In this document: one piece after another, positions 1 to 10,868 of the stretch
Numbering within the stretch: position 1 is the stretch's first letter
Layout: every line of letters begins with the position of its first letter
Assembly (NCBI GenBank): GCA_024704765.1
Contig: JAKMXF010000111.1
Location: 1,132,619-1,196,618, forward strand
Direction of reading: 5' to 3'
DNA from: Oopsacas minuta
Taxonomy: Eukaryota > Animalia > Porifera
Length of the DNA: 64,000 bases
Made by a program: the position numbers and the translations under genes
The notes under the pieces: model-generated
Databases searched by the model: none
What the model was told of the DNA's origin: nothing
Seen by the model: the letters and a program-made list of their open reading frames with translations, nothing else

Positions 1-93
1 AAACCTGCCAGAATTACAGTACGTAATAACAAAGTGAGATTGATACAGATAAATATTACAGATATTTGGTACGAACAAGCAGGGATAATCTGA

Positions 94-3000
94 CTACACC
101 AGCTTATCAGTCATCTGAATAAAGAGAGGAACACCTAACCCTGTGACAGGATCCCAGCCCTCTCTGGCAGAGAATGCTGTCCCGAAACAACCTGTATTAT
201 GTCCTACTCGTATATCTCTGAATACATCAGAGTGTTTGTAGAGGAGGGGATTAAGGAATCCGAACTGTTTAGTACCTTTCATAACACGCTTGTCATTAAG
301 AAGTGAGAATATGCCTGCAATAGTAACCGTAGCAGCACTTGTACTGAACACTCTGTATTCCCAATCTCCATTTACTCTCACTACAAAGTTATCCCCGAGT
401 GCTGACACGTCTGGGAATCCTCTCCCTCTGGAATTGAAGTAATCCTCATTAGGAAGAGTCCCATGCTTCAGATAGCGAGATACAGCATCTTGTTGGTAAG
501 AGGGCGATCTGAACCGGTCAGAGAATCCACCTATTATAATAATAAAACATATACAGTGGAGTCTCCGAATAACGAACATGTTAGGGACATGGAATCTGTC
601 TGTTGTAGGGGGTTGTCCGCTCCTCGGAGTGTCCGTTTTGGAAGATTCCACTGTATTTCTTATTAATTAGGCTATAATAAGATACTCACCTCCACTAATA
701 TAGAATGCTCTTTCAGTATGTTGTTGTATCTGTGTAGCTCCAACAGAAGTGACGTATGGGCTAGAAGCAGGGAAGTAAGGAGAAAACTTACTTCTCTGAC
801 AACCAGCTCCGTAATCTCCACTAGTCATGATTAAGGATACTCCACGCAATCCCATCTACAATTCGAGATCATATCATATATGCAATATAATGTTAATATT
901 ATTACTAATCTACCTTCATGAATTCCTGGTTTATTCTATCCAAATACTCCTCAGAGAATAGAGCCTCCTGCTCTGAGTATCCACACGAGAAGAGGAGAGG
1001 GAGGTCTTTGTTATCCATACTGCTAGCGTTAACTATCCAGGATAGAAATGGTTCTATATTGTGCCATTTTCCTTCAGTTAACCACACCCAAGTAGGGATA
1101 TTGTTACCTGAAATAAAATTATAATTTAGGTCCTAGGAAATCGTAGCTTGGCTATAGGAGACGGTCAGGTTGGTCAGGTTTCAACCAGATCAACATTTGG
1201 TGGAATCTTTCAGCATTTTAATGTCAGAATTATTACATTTCACTATATGATTCGTGGGAAATGAAATCTAGTACTTATATACCAATGCAAGAATATTGTG
1301 TGACTAGTTTTCAAAAGATAAATCTTTCTCCATACGTGTTCCCTAATTAACTAAATATTCAATTATTGTCTTCAATTACGTAATTAGAATATAAAACTAT
1401 TGGAATAAAACTCAACGATACATAGCCGTAAATAATGTAAACCAAATGTGGTAGACTACAGGAGGGGGTTGAGATGAAAAGTTCCAATAAATTAATTTGT
1501 AACATAGAAATTTGATATAAATAACCTACAGAGCCTACAATTAGTCCCTAAACTCTATGTTACAATATTCTATAAATTGGCAAATAACTTGAGAATCCAA
1601 AATGAGCAAATCCAAAGGAACATGTTTTTCCGATTACTACTCAGATGCTAAACAAGTAAGACAGTACGTAAATGAAAGAATTGAAACTTTGAAACAACTT
1701 TTAGATGAAAGGAGACTGCAGTTAAACATTGAATTAGACAATATTGAGTTAGAAAAAATTCAAAACGATGAGAAGAATAAAGAGTTAACTAAAAAGTGTA
1801 TTGAATATGAGAGTCTCACTATAACAATATTTGGGAAAGAAGACGGCAAATTAGCATCTATCAAATCTAAGATAACTACACTTGAAAAGGAAATGTTACG
1901 GAAAAAGATATTCCTACAATGGAAGGATGATACACTAGTGAATAATTTTGAATGTTTGGGAGTTGTTGCATACGAATCCAATGACATCTACGTAACTGTT
2001 GAGAAACAATTCAAAGAAGAAATGGCCTCAAAAGCTGAAAAAGTAAAGGGAAATAAAACCTTAAAACAGGATGACGTAGCAGATATGCCGAAAGAGAGTT
2101 ACATTATTGAAACTGCAACCAAAGAACGTCCTCCTATAGCCAAGAAACCAACAATAATATATGAACCTGGGAAAAACATCTACAAAAATAAAGCTGAAAT
2201 TACCGATCCATCCATGTTAACTGAAACATTATATGAGAACTTAAGTGTTAAACAACCAGTGGAGCACGAATACTTCTTCTTAACAAATGAGGGAGTGAAA
2301 GGAGAAAAAGCGGCATTATATGAAATAATAGACGAAGATGATGACACCAAACTTGAATCACAGGATCAAGGAGAAGGGTCATTTTATGAAATAATTGATG
2401 AGGAAGGTCACACCAAACTTGAATCTCAAGATGAAACCCACAGAGCTGTTAAATCCCTTGACGAACAAACGAGCATAGATACTAATGAACAAGATGATGA
2501 TTTATATTACGAGTCATTTGAAGAGTATAGTAACTCGGATATACTAACTACCAGTACTGTACGCAGTAGATACAAGGAGAATTGTGCATGGTACGACGAT
2601 TCTATAAAATTAAGGTTTGAAAGGTCAAGTCCATTAGAAGGATATACGCTGTATAACCCAGAAGCAGGAAAAATACGATCAGGAAGTGGTGGAGGTAGCA
2701 GGACTCTTCCACAAACGAAAAAGATAAGCAATAGTTTGAATCTGGTTCCGTTTGATGATGATAATGGTGAACAGGAATACCAAGTTATTAATGAAAGTAG
2801 ACTAGTAAATAAACTCGAGAACACAGGGGGTTTTCCAGAGATAAAAACTTTGAAACATGCGAAATCAACACCATCAATAAACAAACTAACCAAAAAGAGA
2901 ATATATGATTTGCCGATTATGGAATGGGGAGACCAAGGAATGGGGATAGGTCGACTACATAAGCCTAAAGCAGTGTGTGTATCTGAGAAGGGAAATATCT

Positions 3001-5617
3001 TCGTGGTAGAGAAAGGAAATAGTCGTGTGCAAGTATTTACCCGTAATGGAACGCATCTATATATGTTTAGTGATAATGTAATGCTGGAACCAAATGGAAT
3101 TTGGGTATCAAATCAATTCGTGTATATAACTCTACCAAATCAAAACACTATACAAATGTTTACACTACAAGGAGGATTTGTAAAAAAGAAGTCAAAAGAA
3201 GGGAAAGAGGAAGGCAGATTCAAATTACCATGTGGAATAAGTGGAGATAGTACCAGAAGAAAGATTTACATATGTGATACAGGAAATAACAGGATACAAA
3301 TATTCGATACTGATCTTCATTTCATTAAAGTTTTGAATACAAAAACACCTTTATATCGTCCTTTAGATATCAAACTTACAAGCAGTGGCACCATGATTAT
3401 TGTACTAGATCGTTCTGCCACATGCATTCACATGTTCAAATGCTCTGGAGAGATAATAAAGGAGATTATTGAAATACAATCTTTTCCTAAGCTAATTAAT
3501 CCGCTTTACTTTACAATAGATACAAAAGGCAATATCCTGTTGTCTGACTACTCGAGTAATTGTATTCATGTATTCACGGAAGAAGGAGAGCTCGTTTGGA
3601 GTCTAGGAGAAGCTGGTAGAGGAAAACCATTCATTGAACCGCGGGGTATAGCTATTGATGCAAAGGGGAGACTTATTACTGTTTGTAACAAAAAGAAAGC
3701 TCAGTTGCAGATATTCGAAATATAATAATATATCAACTTTATATATTTATTTTGGAAAAACGATGTATTCGTGATGGATTTTCGTAGTACAATGTTTGTA
3801 ACATATGTTGTAGAGAAAAATATAACTACAGTAGAACCTCGTTAATAAGTATCAAGGGACCGTCGAGATTTGTACTCCTTATCCGGAGTATGTATTAACC
3901 GGAGTAAAAACAATTGAATATCCATTGTACTGACTAAAATTGTGTAAAATTGTGTTCGTCTTAACCGGAAATTCGTATTAATTGTGTTCGTATTAACGAA
4001 GTTTCACTGTAGATGGGAATAACAAGCTTGAATTAATCAGTGGAAGTATTCGTCGATTACAAAATTCACATATACATTGTAGTATAATAACTGCTCATGG
4101 ATTCAATTAATTAGAACAAAGACGGATTAAACACATATTAATTAATGAAAAGGCAAATTTAATGCGTCAATTATATGTTTATCTCCTCAACTAACTCTAG
4201 TATATGAAATTATTCAGAAGCCTTGTCAGCACGTTCATATCATGTCATACAAGTTAATTAGGAATTGACTATTATAATACATTATTACCCTTCATTGGTA
4301 TTGAATGAAATTGCTGTTTATTGCTAATAATTATTCTTAAATCAGATTTTCGCTCTCATATATCCGAAACCCCGATAATTATGACAAATTTGGTCTCAAT
4401 AGTCACGTCACTTCGTTTTATGCAAGTTCTATATTTGGAGTAAAATTTCGGTGTTTGTATTAGCGATCTACGTATAATTGTATTCACGGAAATTTCATAA
4501 ATAGATAGAAACTTTACCTAGTGACATTATATACTGTGCATCGAGGTTAGCAGTGAGTCCAGGATTATCAGGAATATTCTGTCCCATAACACCATCTACT
4601 CCATTGTAGTGTGTGAAACCTTTCCCATAGCTATCCATGAAGGCAATTAAATCACCAGGACTGATAGATTCTCCTAGAAACTCTACAATTGCCTAGAATA
4701 ATGAACAAACAAATAAATTGTATGAGAGTAGTATTAGTGTACAATTGTGCTATTAATAGATTAAACACTAACTTGTTTGTTCAAAAACGCCTCTCCTCTC
4801 CCAGTAACATTGTAAAGTTCTCTGATAAATTTGGGTGTAGCGTTAAATGATGATGTACCAAATTCCTCCGTATTAAATAACGAAGGTATCTTAGAGTACA
4901 CATATCTTGAATTGTGAAAATGGTTTATACCACCTAAAATACAAACCCAATAACATTAGATAAATAAGAGAAAATACACTTATAATTACCTATAAAATCA
5001 ATGTGTTGCTTGACATCAGATTCCACCGTACAGGGAGTAGTAGACCTCATAATTTCACCTAACTTCTTATCTTCATTCCTATACACATGTAGTTCTACTT
5101 GGAACAATCGCTCTACTAACTCTATAAGAAATACAACCATAAAATGTTAAATATTTGTTATTAGACGAGTACGAAAATTATATTAGACATTCTTACCAAC
5201 AGTAAGTTCACATAGTAGAAACTCTCGTAGAGGTGTGAAGGAGCAAGAGTTGTTAACATTAACCCCATACCTTTGCAGCCATGATGTAACCATGTATATG
5301 CTGGCGTGTGTAGGAGATACTAGTTCTACGAGTTCGTCTTGCCTTAAGAATTGTCCGTATATAGAAGAAGAAGGGTCACTAACAGACCAGAACAACTGTT
5401 CTAGTTCCCGAGGAGATCTGTGCTTGATAGCAATAACAATTTGAGTCAATTCAATTCGTTCTGCTTTCCTGATTTCAAACCATCTAGTCAGAGTAGAAGC
5501 TGTCAGGTGTGCTATCAGTGGGTTGGACTCCAGCTGTTCCCTCCTGTTAGAAACGACAGGAAGAGATAGAGATGTATTGCAGAGTAGCAGTATCAGTAAT
5601 GTCAGTAGAGATACCAT
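94..5617 (-). CDS. TPP1: Tripeptidyl-peptidase 1-like sedolisin (S53), 7 exons, 561 aa; catalytic Glu replaced by Thr
   Basis: Hand-spliced GT-AG exons complement(5197-5617, 4990-5121, 4773-4933, 4518-4692, 914-1107, 690-855, 94-530) total 1686 nt in frame. Signal peptide MVSLLTLLILLLCNTSLS, prodomain SVSDPSSSIYGQFL, motifs NLDAQYIMSLG, SGDYGAGC, FPASSPYVTSVGAT, GRGFPDVSAL, STSAAT, GWDPVTGLG. Confidence 0.93.
1602..3725 (+). CDS. Coiled-coil plus NHL-repeat beta-propeller protein (TRIM-NHL-like, no RING/B-box seen), nested in TPP1 intron 4
   Basis: 707-aa ORF with N-terminal coiled coil and six NHL-like repeats (e.g. PKAVCVSEKGNIFVVEKGNSRVQVF, PCGISGDSTRRKIYICDTGNNRIQIF, PRGIAIDAKGRLIT). Lies wholly inside intron 1108-4517 of the minus-strand gene. 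Confidence 0.9.
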   Translation: MSKSKGTCFSDYYSDAKQVRQYVNERIETLKQLLDERRLQLNIELDNIELEKIQNDEKNKELTKKCIEYESLTITIFGKEDGKLASIKSKITTLEKEMLRKKIFLQWKDDTLVNNFECLGVVAYESNDIYVTVEKQFKEEMASKAEKVKGNKTLKQDDVADMPKESYIIETATKERPPIAKKPTIIYEPGKNIYKNKAEITDPSMLTETLYENLSVKQPVEHEYFFLTNEGVKGEKAALYEIIDEDDDTKLESQDQGEGSFYEIIDEEGHTKLESQDETHRAVKSLDEQTSIDTNEQDDDLYYESFEEYSNSDILTTSTVRSRYKENCAWYDDSIKLRFERSSPLEGYTLYNPEAGKIRSGSGGGSRTLPQTKKISNSLNLVPFDDDNGEQEYQVINESRLVNKLENTGGFPEIKTLKHAKSTPSINKLTKKRIYDLPIMEWGDQGMGIGRLHKPKAVCVSEKGNIFVVEKGNSRVQVFTRNGTHLYMFSDNVMLEPNGIWVSNQFVYITLPNQNTIQMFTLQGGFVKKKSKEGKEEGRFKLPCGISGDSTRRKIYICDTGNNRIQIFDTDLHFIKVLNTKTPLYRPLDIKLTSSGTMIIVLDRSATCIHMFKCSGEIIKEIIEIQSFPKLINPLYFTIDTKGNILLSDYSSNCIHVFTEEGELVWSLGEAGRGKPFIEPRGIAIDAKGRLITVCNKKKAQLQIFEI
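3829..4009. mobile_element. pogo/Tigger-type MITE
   Basis: TA-CAGTAGAACCTCGTTAATA ... TATTAACGAAGTTTCACTG-TA: imperfect 19-bp TIRs with TA flanks, non-coding. Confidence 0.75.
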
Positions 5618-6159
5618 CTTGAATTATTCGTAACATAGTGTCTTGTAATGTTTAAATACTAAAGCATTAACCACACCGGACAAAACATAGTTTTGGTGTA
5701 ATTAGAGGAAATTAGCGGATAAGCATTACAAACAGATAATATCTCCATTCATCCATTCTCAAGTGAATTTAGAATAAAGCAACAGGAATTAATCTAATGA
5801 ATATTAATGAGTTTAACCGATTACGGAGTTACGTTCGTAAGAAAAGGAACACTAAAATTTCGTTTGAACCAATTCCCGAACCCAAATCGAGATTTTAGCA
5901 CCTTTGACGTCATAAAATCACACATTTCCCGGCCGTATCCGGTTAACAATTCTAAAGTGAAAACACACATTCAAGTAACGGACATTATCACCTACAATTA
6001 TAAGTCCCAGTAGTACACACAGCAATGCAAAATAGAAATTATATAATTAATATTATGACGTTAAAACCTTAAACTCTATACACAAATGTCATGTCGGATC
6101 GTATTCACAGGAAAAATAGAATGAAATTACTGTAGTTATAACAGTGGTATTAACAACCT

Positions 6160-6966
6160 TTAAATTACATAACCGCAATATCCATTGATGGGACAAGCTA
6201 CGATTAATTCTCCTTTTGAACTGATGTCAATACTCTTGATAGATTTGAGTACACACTTGCCATAACTACCAGCACAATCAATCGTTTTCAAACAAATACC
6301 TTCTTGGTTGAAAATCATGATACTACCATCCCCTGAGTTTGATATAACAATATTCCCACTATTGTCTAAACACATTCCAACTGGAAGCTTTACCTGACTG
6401 ACGTCACGAGGAAAGCTACAGAGTATACTCTTCTGAATAATCCTATCTTTTATAATATGACAGCAGTACTTACTGCTGTCTAATACAAATATGAAATCAT
6501 CATTGCTTGTTATTCTGCTAGGATAGCTAAGCCAGGTACGACCTATCTGACATTTTTCTGAGTCATCAATCTCTATTACACAGTCAGGCCGCCAGGAGCA
6601 CATATTGAGACCTCCTCTGGAGTCAATGGTGAGATCATGAATAGGCCCAACAACAGAATACGTGCTGATTAAGTCTCCCTCTAGAGTATAGAATGTTATT
6701 TGTTTAGATGTGAAGTTAGAGACGATTACTACATCGCTTTTAGCGTGTATGGCTACTGGGTAGGAGATGCTGTTGGAAACTGTGAAGAGCAGTGTGTGAT
6801 TAGTCATATCACAAACGTAAATGAGAGAGAGAATATCATCCGCAAAGAATACTCTATTAGAGTTGTTATTAACGCTAACATCTCTAAATCTACCTCGCTC
6901 TTGTCTGCGGAAGAATGCCTTTGGAGTTCCATACTCAGAATTAGAAACTGTATCATCAGATGTCAT
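6160..6966 (-). CDS. Divergent NHL-like beta-propeller protein
   Basis: 268-aa ORF with NHL-type blades (YPVAIHAKSDVVIVSN, DLTIDSRGGLNM, LPVGMCLDNSGNIVISNSGDGSIMIFNQEG). An upstream exon cannot be excluded. Confidence 0.68.
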   Translation of the reverse strand: MTSDDTVSNSEYGTPKAFFRRQERGRFRDVSVNNNSNRVFFADDILSLIYVCDMTNHTLLFTVSNSISYPVAIHAKSDVVIVSNFTSKQITFYTLEGDLISTYSVVGPIHDLTIDSRGGLNMCSWRPDCVIEIDDSEKCQIGRTWLSYPSRITSNDDFIFVLDSSKYCCHIIKDRIIQKSILCSFPRDVSQVKLPVGMCLDNSGNIVISNSGDGSIMIFNQEGICLKTIDCAGSYGKCVLKSIKSIDISSKGELIVACPINGYCGYVI

Positions 6967-7348
6967 ACCTAACCACTTACATTATGATTATGGCAAATAC
7001 TCACATAGGATCATAATTAGATTGTAGGTCATAACTATATTACTATTTACATGGTTATCAGTGATGTTATACCAGGGCGTGATTTAAGATACACATGAGA
7101 GGCCTGAATTAGCCGAATTGACCGTTGCCAGTGCAGTAGAAGGAAGTCAAATTGTGGATAGAACGTCTCAGATAGGGCTATGAACTTACCAATCCTAATA
7201 CACGCATAAAAAGGCAGTTTCCACTGTTTGTATCTAGCCTGTAATTATAACTTTATGTTAAGCCTTCGTTCCTGTTAATTTAATAATTCAATGGAGAAAG
7301 TAAAATTAAATCAGATTGTACATAAAATCAGTAGAATTATTTATAAGT

Positions 7349-8155
7349 TTAATTGTTCCTGAAATATCTCGGAGGTTTGTAATTGGGAGGTTCATCATAG
7401 AGATCTTCGTCATCATAACTAGATCCATATGGAGGGGAATAGCTAATAAGATTTCTAGAACTATCTCCAACACTACCCATTGCATCTCCTATATTCCCCA
7501 GTAGCCCACTCCCTGCATTAACAATAGAACTAGCTAGCCAGTGAAATGCTGTACCGATACCGTTAGCTACCTGTACAGTGACAGGAGCTTCTGTTAACTG
7601 TTCTAAGTTGTATTTTTCCATTTGTAGTGTGTGTATTTTGTAACGGAGCTTTGTGTTTAAATCATCTCTCCAATCTGATTGTTTCTGTAAATGATCAATT
7701 TGAGATTCTAGATTTTGGAGACGTTTCTGATGTAAGAGTACCTGTTGATTAGCATGCTTCAATTGTCCCAATGCCATTATACTCATCAATATGAGTACTG
7801 CGCCTAAGACTATCTGCCAGGTTGTTAGATTATTGAATGGACTTTTCTTAACACCTTTCCCCTTCCCCTTCCCCTGGTCTCCTGTCCCCTTACCCTTACT
7901 CTTCTTTTTCTTGCTTTCATCATCTTCATCCGAATCACTGTCATCACTATCGTCTGAATCTTTTCGCTTCTTTTGCTGTTTGTTTTTACTACTGCCCTTT
8001 TTCTTCTTTTCATCTATTGCTTTGTCCCATTTATCTGGTGAAATCATTGGCATAACGTAGACTGGGCTAGACGGTTGTTGACCTCGTGAATATATTTCTG
8101 AAGAAAGTGGAAATAAATCTGGATTTTCTCCAAATCGGACTCTTCTACCACTCAT
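7349..8155 (-). CDS. Hypothetical single-pass membrane protein with coiled coil
   Basis: Long ORF, probable start MSGRRVRF at 8155 (ORF track starts at 8179). K/D/S-rich region, hydrophobic WQIVLGAVLILMSIMALGQL, then heptad-rich segment. No family recognised. Confidence 0.65.
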   Translation of the reverse strand: MSGRRVRFGENPDLFPLSSEIYSRGQQPSSPVYVMPMISPDKWDKAIDEKKKKGSSKNKQQKKRKDSDDSDDSDSDEDDESKKKKSKGKGTGDQGKGKGKGVKKSPFNNLTTWQIVLGAVLILMSIMALGQLKHANQQVLLHQKRLQNLESQIDHLQKQSDWRDDLNTKLRYKIHTLQMEKYNLEQLTEAPVTVQVANGIGTAFHWLASSIVNAGSGLLGNIGDAMGSVGDSSRNLISYSPPYGSSYDDEDLYDEPPNYKPPRYFRNN

Positions 8156-9234
8156 CTGTAGAATATATTCTATATACAAATAAATAATGTAGATAATCTA
8201 TGAAATCGATGGAACGTAAAATATAAAGCTTCAGAAATCTGAATAATCATTCAAGTGGTAATATATATCGTTTGCATTCCAAACGGTAGTTGATGTTGCT
8301 TAGTTACTAATGTGGTCGAATTCTCAAATTATAACGGTGAGTCATAGTTGAACGTTACGAACAATTGCAGCCATTCAGGACAATTATATTATGTTACATA
8401 AAAGTTACATAGGAATTCCTGTCTATAGAAATGTTAGATATAATAAGGTTGCATACGTACGATCTCACATTACTCATGTAATCTCCTTATTTGACACCAA
8501 TTACCGTTTAATTAAGTAAATTACTAAATAATAGTAAATAGCTATTGCGACCTAGAGCTCATTAGGTAGGATGGATAGGTAATACAAATCCTATTTCCCT
8601 TCAAAAGATTTTGAGAAAAGTACAGAAGCGTGCGTGTGTAAAAGTTGTTCTTACTGGCCGACTATGGTATGGTCGCCAGTATAGTTAAGACTTAAGTGTA
8701 TTGGGGGGAACGAGGGGAAGGCGCTTCATTATGGATATATTTGGATTATTTAACTATATTTTTCAATTTAGAAATTATAGTTCAATATTTTATGAACAAC
8801 TATTATACTTTTGTATTATCCTATTTTGTGTAAATATCGTTTTCATGTTGGAATGCTTATATTCCTTCAATTTTCAACTTAAAAGTACTAATTATGGTAG
8901 TATCCACTTTTTCACTAGGAATTTTCCACATTTAGTGAAAATACTTGTAAATCTTGTATAGGTTGTAGATGTAGACAAGCCAGGGAAACTAGGACATTAA
9001 AAAGGCGCAAATTTTAGTGGAGGGGCAGTGTTTTGGAGCGTTCCCTTACTTTTATAGTTAGGAATACACCCCTGAGTAACAAAGCGATGAATAATTTGTA
9101 AGAGAGAGCATAGATTTAATAAGTGAGTCGAAGATAAACTCTCCATAATAAAACAGTGTAAGTTGTACGAAAATAGTGTACAGAAGTGAGTTACAAATGA
9201 AAAGAATAAGTGTGCAATTATCTGAATAATCCGA

Positions 9235-10026
9235 TCAGGTTTTTAACCAGGGGAAATTCTTGATAGACTCCCTTGACCTATCTCCATAGTCGTATAGTAA
9301 CTCTTCACCAATTTTTAAGTTTCTGGTAGCAATGAAGCATAAATGAATAACATCTCCCTCTACTACTACTCTAGATTTCATATTGAATCTAAGTCTACTG
9401 TGATTTATGAGACGTCCAAATTTACCAGTCTCTTCGGTAGCATCAATACAATATTTTGCCCCCTTATGCTTAAAGTAGTACATGTAACAACCCATCAATA
9501 CGTCCTCTGAGTACTCTGTCTCACGGTATAGTGCTTCTCTGAATGATATGAGAGACCCAATATACTCACAAATATAATCTCCACATTTGAACTCTTGTGT
9601 AGTAAAAATAGCTCTTCCTTTATCAGGGAGTTCACGAATTTCCAGTGCTACTTTCTCATTTACTTGTAACTGTTTGATTAGTTCAGCTATATCAATCTTC
9701 TTCTGTGCAGCTTCAAATATTCTCTTACTTTTGTGAGCAGAGAATTGTGTTAGCAGAGATGTCTGGATTAATTCCTTACTACAATCCTTATGAGAATGGG
9801 ATCTGAGTTTTATGGGAGAACGTAGTTTCACAGAGAATTTGGCAGTCTTACGCCAACAAGAAATAGACTTATTAGCCTCATCTAGTCCATTCTGTGGCTC
9901 TTCACACTTATTATTTAGAGGCTTAGATACGGTATACTCTGTAATAGAAGTGTTTTGTGAGGGCAGTTTAGATCTAGATTTCTTTTGGCCAGTTTTATTA
10001 GTTTTGTGAAAAGCAGACTTCTTCAT
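9235..10026 (-). CDS. KMT5A: H4K20 N-lysine methyltransferase KMT5A/SETD8
   Basis: C-terminal SET domain: KGRAIFTTQEFKCGDYICEYIG, MGCYMYYF, CIDATEETGKFGRLINHS, GEELLYDYGDRS, FPWLK. Confidence 0.93.
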   Translation of the reverse strand: MKKSAFHKTNKTGQKKSRSKLPSQNTSITEYTVSKPLNNKCEEPQNGLDEANKSISCWRKTAKFSVKLRSPIKLRSHSHKDCSKELIQTSLLTQFSAHKSKRIFEAAQKKIDIAELIKQLQVNEKVALEIRELPDKGRAIFTTQEFKCGDYICEYIGSLISFREALYRETEYSEDVLMGCYMYYFKHKGAKYCIDATEETGKFGRLINHSRLRFNMKSRVVVEGDVIHLCFIATRNLKIGEELLYDYGDRSRESIKNFPWLKT

Positions 10027-10248
10027 TACACAAATATTTATATAATTACTACTCTTTTACACTTTTTTACAATCAAAAGACGACTAAAGTGATATATTCT
10101 AGAAAGTTAGTCTATAAGCAAATAATATTTAAATAACGTGTTGTGAGATTCTAAACAGTTGTCAACGTCAACCGCATGGTTAAAATATACATAATTGTTT
10201 TTCATAAGAACAACTATTATTTACGCATGAGTACGTTAAAAGCACGAA

Positions 10249-10560
10249 ATTCGGAACAGCGTACTCGATTACCCAGTATAAAAAAGAAGTTTCTAAGACT
10301 ATTTTGAAATTTGTCTACTTTATATTCATAATAACAACACATAAATTCACATATCCTTAATTCAAAAGTATGAAAATCAGATTCAGCCTATTCGATATAT
10401 TCGATAGTTTTATTGAATTCTGTTTATATTGTTGGGGGAAACACGATAATGCACTTTGCAAAATCTCGGAATTGCGAGTTCGAATTTAGTATAGCATTCC
10501 ATAAATCCATTCATTGAAACGAACAAACAGATGGACAAACAAATATTGCAGTTTAATAAT
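10249..10560. repeat. Decayed copy of the ~130-bp module family found at 46.2-49.0 kb
   Basis: ATTCGGAACAGCGTACTCGATTACCCAGTATA...GAAATTTGTCTACTTTATATTCATAA matches the module ATTCGGACTCAGCATACTCGATTACCCCAGTATAG...GAATTTGTTTACTTTAT. A GGACAAACAAA motif occurs near 10533. Confidence 0.65.
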
Positions 10561-10868
10561 ATAGATTGATTTAATTATCGTACAATCACACTGTATATAC
10601 ATTATTTAGTGGAATTGCAATTACAAGAATCACGAATAAAGAGTAAGTGATAAAATCACATGTAAAATAAACTAAAGATATACATTAAGCAAATATAATA
10701 CAAAGCCAGCTCAAAACAAGATTAATCTATAACTAAACAGAACTAAGAATTTCTGGCAATTCCAATTCACAAATGTGATATATCTAAATGCTAATCGAGG
10801 GCAGACGCGCTAAAGTAAGAGAACTATAAATTAGAATGATCAAGTTGAAATAAGCGAATACAGAAGAG

